Shown: one piece after another, positions 41,651-50,231 of the stretch | Layout of the letters: each line of letters opens with the position of its first letter | How positions within the stretch are numbered: the stretch's first letter is position 1 | Assembly (NCBI GenBank): GCA_963706185.1 | Contig: CAVPLZ010000010.1 | Location: 118,710-182,709, forward strand | DNA length: 64,000 bases | Source: an uncultured Actinomycetota bacterium | GTDB taxonomy: Bacteria > Actinomycetota > Actinomycetes > Mycobacteriales > Nakamurellaceae | Reading direction: 5' to 3' | The notes under the pieces: model-generated | The model's database searches: none | Seen by the model: the letters and a program-made list of their open reading frames with translations, nothing else | Told to the model about the DNA's origin: nothing | Program-made: the position numbers and the translations under genes

Positions 41651-43012
41651 ATGACGGACGTGGTGGACGGCGGGGGCCGACTGACTGAGGTGCTCTCCCA
41701 GATCGATACGATGACGGCCGCAGTGGATCAGTTCCTGGAATCGAATCTGTTCTGCCTCACCGGCCTGGAGCGGCTGACGGTGTCACGTCAGCTGGAGATC
41801 GCCGCTCGCAAAGTGGGTTTCGCCCAGATCTCGATGGCCGGCGAGCACGAGCTCGCTGCAGATGCCAAGTCCCACGGCGCCGCTTCCACCGCCGCGCTGC
41901 TCGCGCACACGCTGAACATCTCTCGCGGCGAGGCCGGCCGTCGAGTCGCTCTGGCCGCACAGACCTGCGACACCCTGGCCATCTCCGGCGATCTCATCGG
42001 CGCGCGAATGCCGGCCATGGGTGCGGCGATGGCCGCCGGTGCCATCTCTACCGACCACGCCCGGATCATCTCGGCGGCGGTGCACGACAAGACCGTCACG
42101 CACCTGGACCCGGCCATCCTGGACGAGGCGGAAGAGGTCCTGGTCGACTGCGCGACCCAGATGGAGCCGGGAACCCTCTCGAAGGCGGCCCAGAAGATCG
42201 TCGAAACCCTCAACCCCGACGGCATACTCGACGACGAACGCTACGACCCGGCCGCCCACGCCGAACTGCACATCGGCCCACGGGACCGCCGCACCGGACT
42301 GACCCCGATCGCCGGCAAACTCGACGATCTGGGCGCCGAGACGTTGCGCCGCGCCATCGACACGCTGTCCGCACCGCGGCCCGAGCAGAACGGCGTCAAG
42401 GATCCACGACCTGCCGCGACCCGCCGAGCGCACGCCCTCGTCGAAGCCCTCCGCGCCCTGCTGGACATCGGAGCTGCGCCGGCCCGCAACAGCGTCCGGC
42501 CGCACATCACCGCCACCATGACGCTGGACGAGCTACTCGACCTGGCCCGCGGCGCAGATCTTCTCGACGGCACCCACCTGTCCGCAGCACAGACGCGGAT
42601 GCTGCTCTGCGACGCAGACATCGTGCCCGTCGTACTCGGAGGTCGCGGCGAAGTGCTGGACGTCGGCCGGGCCCTCCGCACCGCAACCCCGGCCATCCGG
42701 CGAGCGGTCACTGCGCGCGACAAGGGTTGTGCGTTCCCGGGTTGCGACCGGCCGCCGGAATGGTGCGACTTCCATCATCTGATCTGGTGGTGCCGCGGGG
42801 GACCGACCAGCGCGGACGAGGGCTGCCTGCTCTGCCCGCACCATCATGCCGAAATCCACCGCGAACACTGGAAAGCACATCGCGGCAAGGACGGACTCCC
42901 CGAGTTCATCCCGCCCGTGTGGGTCGACCCGGAACAGAATCCGCGACGCAACGTCATGCACGACCCTCCGGTCCCCCGGGTCGGAACCGCAGCGACCCGC
43001 GACCGCCGATGA
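41651..43012 (+). CDS. DUF222 + HNH endonuclease (13E12-repeat family)
   Basis: GAISTDHARII, DPRPAATRRAHALVE, CDADIVPVVL..VLDVGR, RDKGCAFPGC..CDFHH..W..GG.T....CLLC..HH..IH. Confidence 0.93.
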   Translation: MTDVVDGGGRLTEVLSQIDTMTAAVDQFLESNLFCLTGLERLTVSRQLEIAARKVGFAQISMAGEHELAADAKSHGAASTAALLAHTLNISRGEAGRRVALAAQTCDTLAISGDLIGARMPAMGAAMAAGAISTDHARIISAAVHDKTVTHLDPAILDEAEEVLVDCATQMEPGTLSKAAQKIVETLNPDGILDDERYDPAAHAELHIGPRDRRTGLTPIAGKLDDLGAETLRRAIDTLSAPRPEQNGVKDPRPAATRRAHALVEALRALLDIGAAPARNSVRPHITATMTLDELLDLARGADLLDGTHLSAAQTRMLLCDADIVPVVLGGRGEVLDVGRALRTATPAIRRAVTARDKGCAFPGCDRPPEWCDFHHLIWWCRGGPTSADEGCLLCPHHHAEIHREHWKAHRGKDGLPEFIPPVWVDPEQNPRRNVMHDPPVPRVGTAATRDRR

Positions 43013-43044
43013 GGTGCCGACGCCCCGACGCGTCTGCGTCCAGC

Positions 43045-44955
43045 TCACAACGCGTGCTGTTCCTCCAACTTGATCACGTGTTGGACCGCGTTGATCAAAG
43101 CCAGGTGGGTGAATGCCTGGGGGAAGTTGCCCAAGTGAGCGCCGGTGTGCGCATCCAGTTCCTCGGCGTACAGGTCGAGCGGGCCGGCGAATGAGAGCAG
43201 CTTGCCGCACAGTGATCTCGCCTGTTCGAACTCGCCGATCTCGCACAACGCGGACACCAGCCAGAACGAACAGATGGTGAACGTGCCCTCTTCTCCGGAG
43301 AACCCGTCGTCGGTCTCCTCCACCTTGTACCGCAGCACCAATCCGTCCACCGTCAGCTCGTCGGCAATCGCCAGCACGGTCGCCCGGATGATCGGGTCTT
43401 CCGCGGGCAGGAACCGCAGCAGCGGCGCCAACAATAGTGACGCGTCCAGTGCGGTGGTGCCGTAGTACTGCGTGAGCACGCCGCGTTCGTCCACGCCGTT
43501 GGCCAGGATGTCGGCCTTGATCTCGTCGGCCGCCAGCTCCCACTCGTCGGCCTTGGAATCCTCGCCGGCCAGCCGGGCCAGCCGGGAGCCCCGATCGGCG
43601 GCCACCCAACACATGATCTTGGACGAGGTGAAGTGCTGCAGTTGCCCGCGCACCTCCCAGATCCCGGCGTCCGGCTCGCGCCAGTGCTTGAGGGCCTGGG
43701 TGACCTGTAGTTCCATGATCGGCCAGACCCGGCTGTCCACGTGCTCGGCCGCCTTGGCGTGCAGGTACACCGAATCGAGCAGGGCCCCCCACACGTCGTG
43801 CTGCCGCTGCGCGTAGGCGGCGTTCCCGATCCGCACCGGACGTGACTGCGCGTACCCCGGCAGGTGGTCGAGCTCCTTCTCGGTGAGGTCGTGTTCCCCG
43901 CCGATGCCGTACATGATCTGCAGATCCTGTTCGCCGTCCGCAACGTCGGCGATGAAGGAGAAGAAGTCGAGCGCCTCCCAGTCGAAACCCGAGCGAGTAC
44001 ATCCCCCACAGTGCGAACGTGGAGTCCCGGATCCAGGTGTAGCGGTAGTCGTAGTTCCTTGCCAGCCGCCCGGGGTTTCGGGCAGCGACGTGCTGCCGGC
44101 GGCGATGATGGCACCGGTCGGCGAGTAGGTCAGCCCCTTCAGGGTCAGCGCGCTGCGCTGCAGGTACCCGCGCCACGGATGGTCGGGGAAGTTGCCCCGG
44201 GCCAGCCAGTGCTGCCAGTGGTGCGCGGTCCACACCAGCCGGGAGTAGGCGTCGGCGTAGTCCATCGGCGGCGGCGCCCCGTTCCAGGACAACGCGATGT
44301 ACCGCACGTCGCCCTCGCGCAGCAGCGTTCGGGCGGAGGCCTGTCCACCCTCGAAGCCCAACCGCAGATCAGTGGTCAGGGTCAGCGTCAGGTCGGTTCC
44401 CTCCGCCGAACAGGTCGCCTGGTTGTAGGCGGAGTCGCTGTACTCCCACCTGACGTGTTTGTTGCCGTAGTCGAACAACGGCTCGCAGTCCACGATCGTT
44501 TGCATCTCGCCGGAGACGCAGCGGATGGTGCGCAGCAGGACGTGCTCGGCGGTGTAGTCGTTGGGGGTGCGACGGTAGTTCCGCGACCGGTCGTTGTCGT
44601 GGTGCCACGGTCCGATCAGCAGCACGTCGCGGACGATGATCCACCCCGACGGGCTGCCCCAGCTGGTCTCCAGGATCATCGTGCCCGGTAGGTACCGCCG
44701 CGCCGTCGGCACCGCGACATCCGCCGGACCCACCCGGAACGAGCCCGCCCGCCGGCCGAGCACCTTGCCGAACACGCTGGGTGCGTCGAACCGCGGCACG
44801 CACATCCAGTCGACCGACCCGCCCGGCGCAACCAACGCGCAGACCTCGCCGTCGGACAGGAAGCCGTAGTCGCCGATGGGCACGTCCCGCGGCCGCGGTG
44901 GACGGGCGTCGGTGTGGTGGGGCGTGACGTACGGGTGCGCCGTGCCTGGGTTCAT
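43045..44955 (-). CDS. GH15 glycoside hydrolase (trehalase/glucoamylase-like), compensating frameshifts near 44000-44070
   Basis: IGDYGFLSD, WMCVPRFDAPSVF, TSLPE, YDYRYTWIRD in another frame, QHDVWG, GNFPQAFTHLALI. Confidence 0.93.
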   Translation of the reverse strand: MNPGTAHPYVTPHHTDARPPRPRDVPIGDYGFLSDGEVCALVAPGGSVDWMCVPRFDAPSVFGKVLGRRAGSFRVGPADVAVPTARRYLPGTMILETSWGSPSGWIIVRDVLLIGPWHHDNDRSRNYRRTPNDYTAEHVLLRTIRCVSGEMQTIVDCEPLFDYGNKHVRWEYSDSAYNQATCSAEGTDLTLTLTTDLRLGFEGGQASARTLLREGDVRYIALSWNGAPPPMDYADAYSRLVWTAHHWQHWLARGNFPDHPWRGYLQRSALTLKGLTYSPTGAIIAAGSTSLPETPGGWQGTTTTATPGSGTPRSHCGGCTRSGFDWEALDFFSFIADVADGEQDLQIMYGIGGEHDLTEKELDHLPGYAQSRPVRIGNAAYAQRQHDVWGALLDSVYLHAKAAEHVDSRVWPIMELQVTQALKHWREPDAGIWEVRGQLQHFTSSKIMCWVAADRGSRLARLAGEDSKADEWELAADEIKADILANGVDERGVLTQYYGTTALDASLLLAPLLRFLPAEDPIIRATVLAIADELTVDGLVLRYKVEETDDGFSGEEGTFTICSFWLVSALCEIGEFEQARSLCGKLLSFAGPLDLYAEELDAHTGAHLGNFPQAFTHLALINAVQHVIKLEEQHAL

Positions 44956-45086
44956 GGGTGAAATATCGCCGTACATCCGCCTACCGGCAAGACACAACGC
45001 GAGGAACTGGCTGTGAACCCGGCCCCGACCGTCCGTTTGCCCGCGAATCGGCCCGGTGGCTGCGAGCCACACCTAGCATCGCGGGC

Positions 45087-45320
45087 ATGGCAGAACCGAT
45101 CCGCGCATGTCCGGCGTGTGGCAGTGCCGCAGGGGCCGAACCGGGATTCTTGGAGGACAACGGTGAGTCCAGCCAGGGCTACCTGCGGTGGATCGCCGGC
45201 CCGCTGGAACGCGGATGGACCGGTGGCGCCAAGCGGATGGGCAAGCAGCGCTGGGTCGTCGACACCACCCGCTGCGTGACCTGCGGATACCTCGCCCTGT
45301 TCGCATCCCGTCAGGTCTGA
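45087..45320 (+). CDS. Small zinc-ribbon protein (DUF6487-like), probably leaderless
   Basis: CPACG..EPGFL..W..G..RCVTCGYL; -10 TAGCAT 7 nt before ATG. Confidence 0.75.
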   Translation: MAEPIRACPACGSAAGAEPGFLEDNGESSQGYLRWIAGPLERGWTGGAKRMGKQRWVVDTTRCVTCGYLALFASRQV

Positions 45321-45356
45321 CCCGGAGTCGTCGCACCCTGCCACTACCGTCCGGTC

Positions 45357-45860
45357 ATGATCACCGAACGAGAACGTCCGTGGCCGGAAGGCGACCTGTC
45401 GCTGTCCGACGCGGTTGCCGACTACTTCCGCTTCCTGCACGACACCGCGGTGAACAAGGTCGCCGGGCTGGGCGAGCAGCAGGCCAGGATGACCCCGATC
45501 CCGACCTCGCCGGCGGTGTCCCCGCTGGGATTGATCCAGCACCTGACCGCGGTCTACCGGCAGCATCTGCAGATCCATCTGGTCGGTACCGACCTGCCGT
45601 CACTCTGGACGAAGGACACCACCTCGGACTTCCGCATCGCACCCGAGGCAACGGTCGAGTCGGTGATCGCCGCGTTCGACGCCGAGTTCGCCCGGGCGTC
45701 GGCGGCTGTGGCCGCAGCGGACCTCGACGCGACGGTGCAGGTCTACGGCCGACCCGTGCGCGTCGGGCGGTTGCTGGTCGACGTGCAACAGGAGATCGCC
45801 CGGCACGTCGGGCACCTGGACATCGTCCGCGAGCTGATCGACGGCGCCACCGGCGAGTGA
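45357..45860 (+). CDS. DinB superfamily (DUF664-like) protein
   Basis: KVAGL.EQQAR, SPLGLIQHL, EIARHVGHLDIVRELIDGATG. Confidence 0.88.
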   Translation: MITERERPWPEGDLSLSDAVADYFRFLHDTAVNKVAGLGEQQARMTPIPTSPAVSPLGLIQHLTAVYRQHLQIHLVGTDLPSLWTKDTTSDFRIAPEATVESVIAAFDAEFARASAAVAAADLDATVQVYGRPVRVGRLLVDVQQEIARHVGHLDIVRELIDGATGE

Positions 45861-45994
45861 GCCCGGACCCGCCCGCACATCCCATCGACTGGACGTCGCA
45901 TCGGGTGAACGCTGGGCAGGGTCGCGAAGGTGGATTTCCCTGTCCAGCGTTCGCTCGACGATGTAAGGGGCCGCGCCGGATAGCGTCGAGCACC

Positions 45995-47425
45995 GTGCCC
46001 CGACCCGACGAGCCGGCCCAGCAGAACCCGACCCAGCAGAACCCGGCCCAGCAGAACCCGACCCAGCAGAACCCGGCCCAGCAGGGCGGGATCGGGCAGG
46101 ACCCACTGCTGGTCGGGCTGAACCGGCAGATCGCCCGGCTGGCCCTGCCGGCCCTGGGGGCGCTGCTGGCCGAGCCGACGTTTCTGCTGGTCGACACCGC
46201 GATCGTGGGCCACCTGGGCACCGCGCAGCTGGCCGGGGTCGGCGTCGCCGGCATGATCCTGTCCACGGCGGTCGGCCTCTCGGTGTTCCTGGCCTACGGC
46301 ACCACCTCGCTGGTCGCCCGGCGACTCGGCGCCGGTGACCTGCGGGCGGCGCTGTCCAGTGGCATCGACGGGGTCTACCTGGCCGTCCTGATCGGCGCGA
46401 CGCTGGCGGTGCTCGGGTTGCCCACCGCGTCCGCGCTGGTCGGCGCGCTCGGCGCCGGCACGGATGCGGCCGCGTACGGCACCACCTACCTGGTGATCTC
46501 GCTGGCCGGGCTGCCCGCGATGCTCGTCGTGCTCGCCACCACCGGTGTGCTGCGCGGACTGCAGGACACCAGGACGCCACTCGTCGTGGCGGTGGCCGGT
46601 GCGGTGCTGAACACGATCCTCAACCTGACCTTCGTCTACGGCCTGCACTGGGGCGTGGCCGGCTCGGCGATCGGTACCGCCGTCACCCAGAACCTGATGG
46701 CGGTCGCGCTGGTCGCGGTCGTGGTCAGGGCTGCGCGCCGCCACGAGGCCTCCCTGCGACCACATCTGGGCGGCATCACCGGCGCCGGGCGGACCGGCAT
46801 CCCGCTGTTCCTGCGCACCCTCGCGCTGCGGATCGCCATCCTGGCGACGACGGCGGTGGCCGCCCGCCAGGGCGTGGCCGCGCTGGCCGCGCATCAGGTG
46901 GTCACCGCCGTGTGGAACTTCCTCGCCCTCGGCCTGGACGCGATCGCGATCGCCGCCCAGGCGCTCACCGGCAAAGCGCTCGGGGCCGGCGATCTGCCCG
47001 CCGCCCGGGCCCTGACCCGCGCCATGGTCCGCTGGGGCTTGGTGGCCGGTGCAGTCGTCGGCGTGGTGCTGCTGGCCATCCACGTCGTGGTCGGGCGCGC
47101 GTTCTCCCCCGACCCGGACGTTCGCGGTGCGATCGCCGCGTCGATGATCGTGCTGGCGATCGCGCTGCCGTTGGCCGGCTTCGTGTTCGTCCTCGACGGT
47201 GTGCTCATCGGTGCCGGAGACGGCTGGTACCTGGCCTGGACCGGGGCGCTGAACCTGCTCGGCTACTTGCCGGCGCTGGTGGTGCTGATGGTCTGGCCGC
47301 CGGGCGGCTGGGTCGGGCTGATGTGGTTGTGGATCGCCCACGCCGGGCTCTACCTCGGCCTGCGCGCGCTCACCCTCGGGCTGCGCTACCGCGGCGACCG
47401 CTGGCTGGTGCCGGGCGTGGCCTGA
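45995..47425 (+). CDS. MATE efflux transporter (DinF-like)
   Basis: LALPALGALLAEP.FLLVDTAIVGHLG, GVLRGLQDTRTPL, LDAIAIAAQAL, LDGVLIGAGD. Confidence 0.93.
   Translation: MPRPDEPAQQNPTQQNPAQQNPTQQNPAQQGGIGQDPLLVGLNRQIARLALPALGALLAEPTFLLVDTAIVGHLGTAQLAGVGVAGMILSTAVGLSVFLAYGTTSLVARRLGAGDLRAALSSGIDGVYLAVLIGATLAVLGLPTASALVGALGAGTDAAAYGTTYLVISLAGLPAMLVVLATTGVLRGLQDTRTPLVVAVAGAVLNTILNLTFVYGLHWGVAGSAIGTAVTQNLMAVALVAVVVRAARRHEASLRPHLGGITGAGRTGIPLFLRTLALRIAILATTAVAARQGVAALAAHQVVTAVWNFLALGLDAIAIAAQALTGKALGAGDLPAARALTRAMVRWGLVAGAVVGVVLLAIHVVVGRAFSPDPDVRGAIAASMIVLAIALPLAGFVFVLDGVLIGAGDGWYLAWTGALNLLGYLPALVVLMVWPPGGWVGLMWLWIAHAGLYLGLRALTLGLRYRGDRWLVPGVA
46013..46084 (+). repeat. In-frame 15/30-bp VNTR encoding (QQNPT/QQNPA)n in the MATE N-terminus
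   Basis: CCGGCCCAGCAGAACCCGACCCAGCAGAAC repeated about 2.4 times. Confidence 0.9.
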
Positions 47426-47470
47426 CCGGGCGATGATCGGTCTCAGATCTGTAGCGGAGGTGTGGGGCGC

Positions 47471-48214
47471 ATGTTCGACCTGTCCGGCCGACGCGCGTTG
47501 GTCACCGGGTCCGTCCGCGGTCTCGGGCTGGAGATGGCCCGGGGGCTGGCTGCGGCGGGCGCCCGGGTCTGGATCAATGGGCGGGACAACGCTGCGGTGG
47601 AGGCCACCGTCGCGACGCTGGCCGCCGACGGACGGGCCGTCGGTGCGGCATCCTTCGACGTCACCGGACACGAAGCGCCCGACGCCCTCGACGCGCTGGG
47701 ACCGTTGGACATCCTGGTCAACAACGTCGGCCACCGCGACCGACGTGGCCTCAGCGAGCTCACCCCGTCCGATCTCGGCCACCTCCTCGAGGTTCACGTG
47801 ATCGCCGCTTACGCGCTGAGCCGCCGAATGTCGGCCACCTTGATCGACCGCGGCGCGCCGGGCCGGATCATCAACATCTCCTCGGTGGTGGGCCAACTGG
47901 GCCGCCGCGGCGACGTCGGCTACCCGATCGCCAAGGCCGGGGTGGACGGGATGACCCGGGCCCTGGCCGCGGAGCTGGGCCCCCACCGCATCACCGTCAA
48001 CGCCGTCGCCGCCGGCTCCTTCGCCACCGCGGTCAATGCCCAGCTGGCCGACGACGCGGAATGGAACGCCTGGCTGGGCCGCCGGACCTCGCTCGGCCGG
48101 TGGGGACAGCCATCCGAGATCGCCGGTGCCGTGGTGTTCCTGGCCTCGGACGAGGCGTCGTTCGTCACGGGTCAGACCCTGGCCGTTGACGGCGGCATGA
48201 CCACCACGTTCTGA
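47471..48214 (+). CDS. SDR oxidoreductase (gluconate 5-dehydrogenase-like)
   Basis: VTGSVRGLG, LVNNVG, YPIAK, GRWGQPSEIAGAVVFLAS. Confidence 0.9.
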   Translation: MFDLSGRRALVTGSVRGLGLEMARGLAAAGARVWINGRDNAAVEATVATLAADGRAVGAASFDVTGHEAPDALDALGPLDILVNNVGHRDRRGLSELTPSDLGHLLEVHVIAAYALSRRMSATLIDRGAPGRIINISSVVGQLGRRGDVGYPIAKAGVDGMTRALAAELGPHRITVNAVAAGSFATAVNAQLADDAEWNAWLGRRTSLGRWGQPSEIAGAVVFLASDEASFVTGQTLAVDGGMTTTF

Positions 48215-48221
48215 GCACCGC

Positions 48222-48641
48222 TCACCGCGTGTACAACCACAGCGAGCAACCGCGGATCGAGCCCGGCACGGTGCCACGGCACGGAGGCATGACAGCGGGC
48301 CACTCCCTGTCGATCTCCTGTTCCAGGTCGTCGTCGAGCTCGTCATCGCCCCGGGTGATCGGAGTTCGCGCGGGATAGGCCGCGTGACTCGGCTCGAAAG
48401 CGTTCATGAAGATCTCGCAATCGCAGAAGCCCCCCATCCGGCCGAGCTTGCGGTTCAGATCGCGGACCTTCGGTGCTCGGGTGTCCCGGTAGTGCGTCGC
48501 CCAGCGCAGCCCGGTGCAGCCGAACTCGAGCATCCGGTAGACGTAGCAGAGCATGCACTCGCCCGGTCTGATGTCGGTCAGCCCCGCGGCCATCGTGCGG
48601 AGCTCGTCCTCGGTCAGGTTGATCAGCTTGTTCGTCGTCAT
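48222..48641 (-). CDS. DUF2695 domain protein
   Basis: ECMLCYVYRMLEFGC, MGGFCDCEIFMN, PPCRG..C.LW. Confidence 0.8.
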   Translation of the reverse strand: MTTNKLINLTEDELRTMAAGLTDIRPGECMLCYVYRMLEFGCTGLRWATHYRDTRAPKVRDLNRKLGRMGGFCDCEIFMNAFEPSHAAYPARTPITRGDDELDDDLEQEIDREWPAVMPPCRGTVPGSIRGCSLWLYTR

Positions 48642-48828
48642 GCCGGGATCAGATCACCGGGGTCCGACAGCGGCCCCGACTGCCGTCGCGTCGCCGCCGC
48701 ATCGCCCATCGAGTGAACCAAAACCAGCCAGATGCGGCCCGTTTCATGCAGTTTCGGTTCGCTCGATGGCGGGCCCGGATTCCGTTCGATGGCTGGGCCG
48801 GGATTCGCTTGATGGTCGGGCCCGGGGG

Positions 48829-49143
48829 TCACTCGGTGGTCCGGCGGACCCCCAGCGCCGCGAGCCCGGCCCGCGCCCAGGAGACGGCACGACCGGCGTC
48901 GCCGGGATCCAACTCGCCGCCCAGCGCCGCACCGGCCAACACTTGGCAGCGCTCCGCCTCGGGCCGACCGGGATGATCCGACGCGGCCCGATCCAGTTCG
49001 AAGTCCAAGCGGGACATCAGGTCCCGCGCCCGACCGAGATTGTCGTCCGCGGTACCTGCGGTCCGGCGACGGGCCACCAGGGCCGGGACCATCGCCGCGC
49101 CGATCAGCACGAGGGCGCCCCCGACCCAGAGCACCCAGGTCAT
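48829..49143 (-). CDS. Small membrane-anchored hypothetical protein
   Basis: N-terminal TM (WVLWVGGALVLIGAAMVP); ATGA overlap with the upstream gene. Confidence 0.7.
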   Translation of the reverse strand: MTWVLWVGGALVLIGAAMVPALVARRRTAGTADDNLGRARDLMSRLDFELDRAASDHPGRPEAERCQVLAGAALGGELDPGDAGRAVSWARAGLAALGVRRTTE

Positions 49144-50231
49144 CGGCCGGTCCCGCCCGCTGGGGCGCTGTCGGCGGCGGCCCCGGTCGCCCTGGCGCCG
49201 TGCGCCCGGGCATCATGGGCGCCGACCCCGCCCGCGCCGACCCCGCCCGCACCGGCCCGGTGAGCTCGGGATACCAGTGCCTCCACCCGGTTCTGCAGGT
49301 CGACCAGGTCCTCGCCGGGTTCGGCCCGTTCCCAATCGTCCAGGGCCCGCAGGTAGTCGGCGGACAGCTCGGCCACGCGCTTCGGCCGGGCCGGATGCTC
49401 CGGGAGGGCGAGCAGCGTCATGGCCACCTCGGACAGCTGCAGCTCCAGATCCTCGTGCACCTCCCGCCACATGGCCCGGACGGCCCGTCGCCGCTGCCAC
49501 ACCGCCCAGCCGCGGCGCGCGCCGAGGTAGAGCAGCACCGCCCCGGCGACCACCGCCAGCCCCAGGCCGACGGCCAGCACCCACCGAATGGCCGGGGGCT
49601 CGAAGGTCCGCACCTGGGCGGTCAGGTCACCACGGGCCACTGAGGCGTCGTAGCGCACGGCGAGTTCGCCCGCCTGGCCGGCGATGTCCCCGTCCAGGTA
49701 GCGGACCGCGTCGTCGTGACCGCGCCATTGGCCGTGGTCCCAGCCGAGCCGACTGGTGGCCCCGGTCAGCGGCAGGTCGTCGCTCTCACACCCGTATTCG
49801 AACTCGCCGTCCACGACGACGGCGACGATCAGGCCGCCGATGCGGTCGACCACCCCGGAGCAGGTGCCGCTGACGTCGGCGGCGAGGGCCGAACCACGTG
49901 ACAGCACCACCATGGCCAATGGCCGGTCCCCGATCGCCTGTCTGACCGTGCCGGGGTCCACCGGAGCGGCGGCCGGGTCGACATAGATGACGTCGTGCCG
50001 CAGCGCGTTCACCGGGCCGGCGAAGTCCGAGAACTGGAGCACCACCTCGCGTCCGACGGTGAACCACAGTCCGACGGCGGCCAGCAGCGAGACCAGCACG
50101 ATCCAGCGCCGGTGCCGCCGCGGCTGCACCTCGTGCGCCCGTGCCGACACCACGAGTTCGCGCTGCACCCGGGCGTCCCGGTCGGCCTTCCACTCGGTCC
50201 GGGACTTGCCACGGCGCCGCTTCGCGCTCAC
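49140..50231 (-). CDS. Hypothetical two-TM protein with extracytoplasmic domain and C-terminal helical region
   Basis: Basic N-terminus, TM, VIYVDPAA domain, second TM, amphipathic helical tail; GTGA overlap with the upstream gene. Confidence 0.75.
   Translation of the reverse strand: MSAKRRRGKSRTEWKADRDARVQRELVVSARAHEVQPRRHRRWIVLVSLLAAVGLWFTVGREVVLQFSDFAGPVNALRHDVIYVDPAAAPVDPGTVRQAIGDRPLAMVVLSRGSALAADVSGTCSGVVDRIGGLIVAVVVDGEFEYGCESDDLPLTGATSRLGWDHGQWRGHDDAVRYLDGDIAGQAGELAVRYDASVARGDLTAQVRTFEPPAIRWVLAVGLGLAVVAGAVLLYLGARRGWAVWQRRRAVRAMWREVHEDLELQLSEVAMTLLALPEHPARPKRVAELSADYLRALDDWERAEPGEDLVDLQNRVEALVSRAHRAGAGGVGAGGVGAHDARAHGARATGAAADSAPAGGTGR

Noticed and set aside
45743-48346. Long antisense or alternate-frame ORFs (for example 867 aa here, 593 aa at 7578-9359, 566 aa at 19858-21558)
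   Set aside because: Arg/Gly/Pro-rich shadow ORFs typical of high-GC DNA, overlapping well-supported genes.
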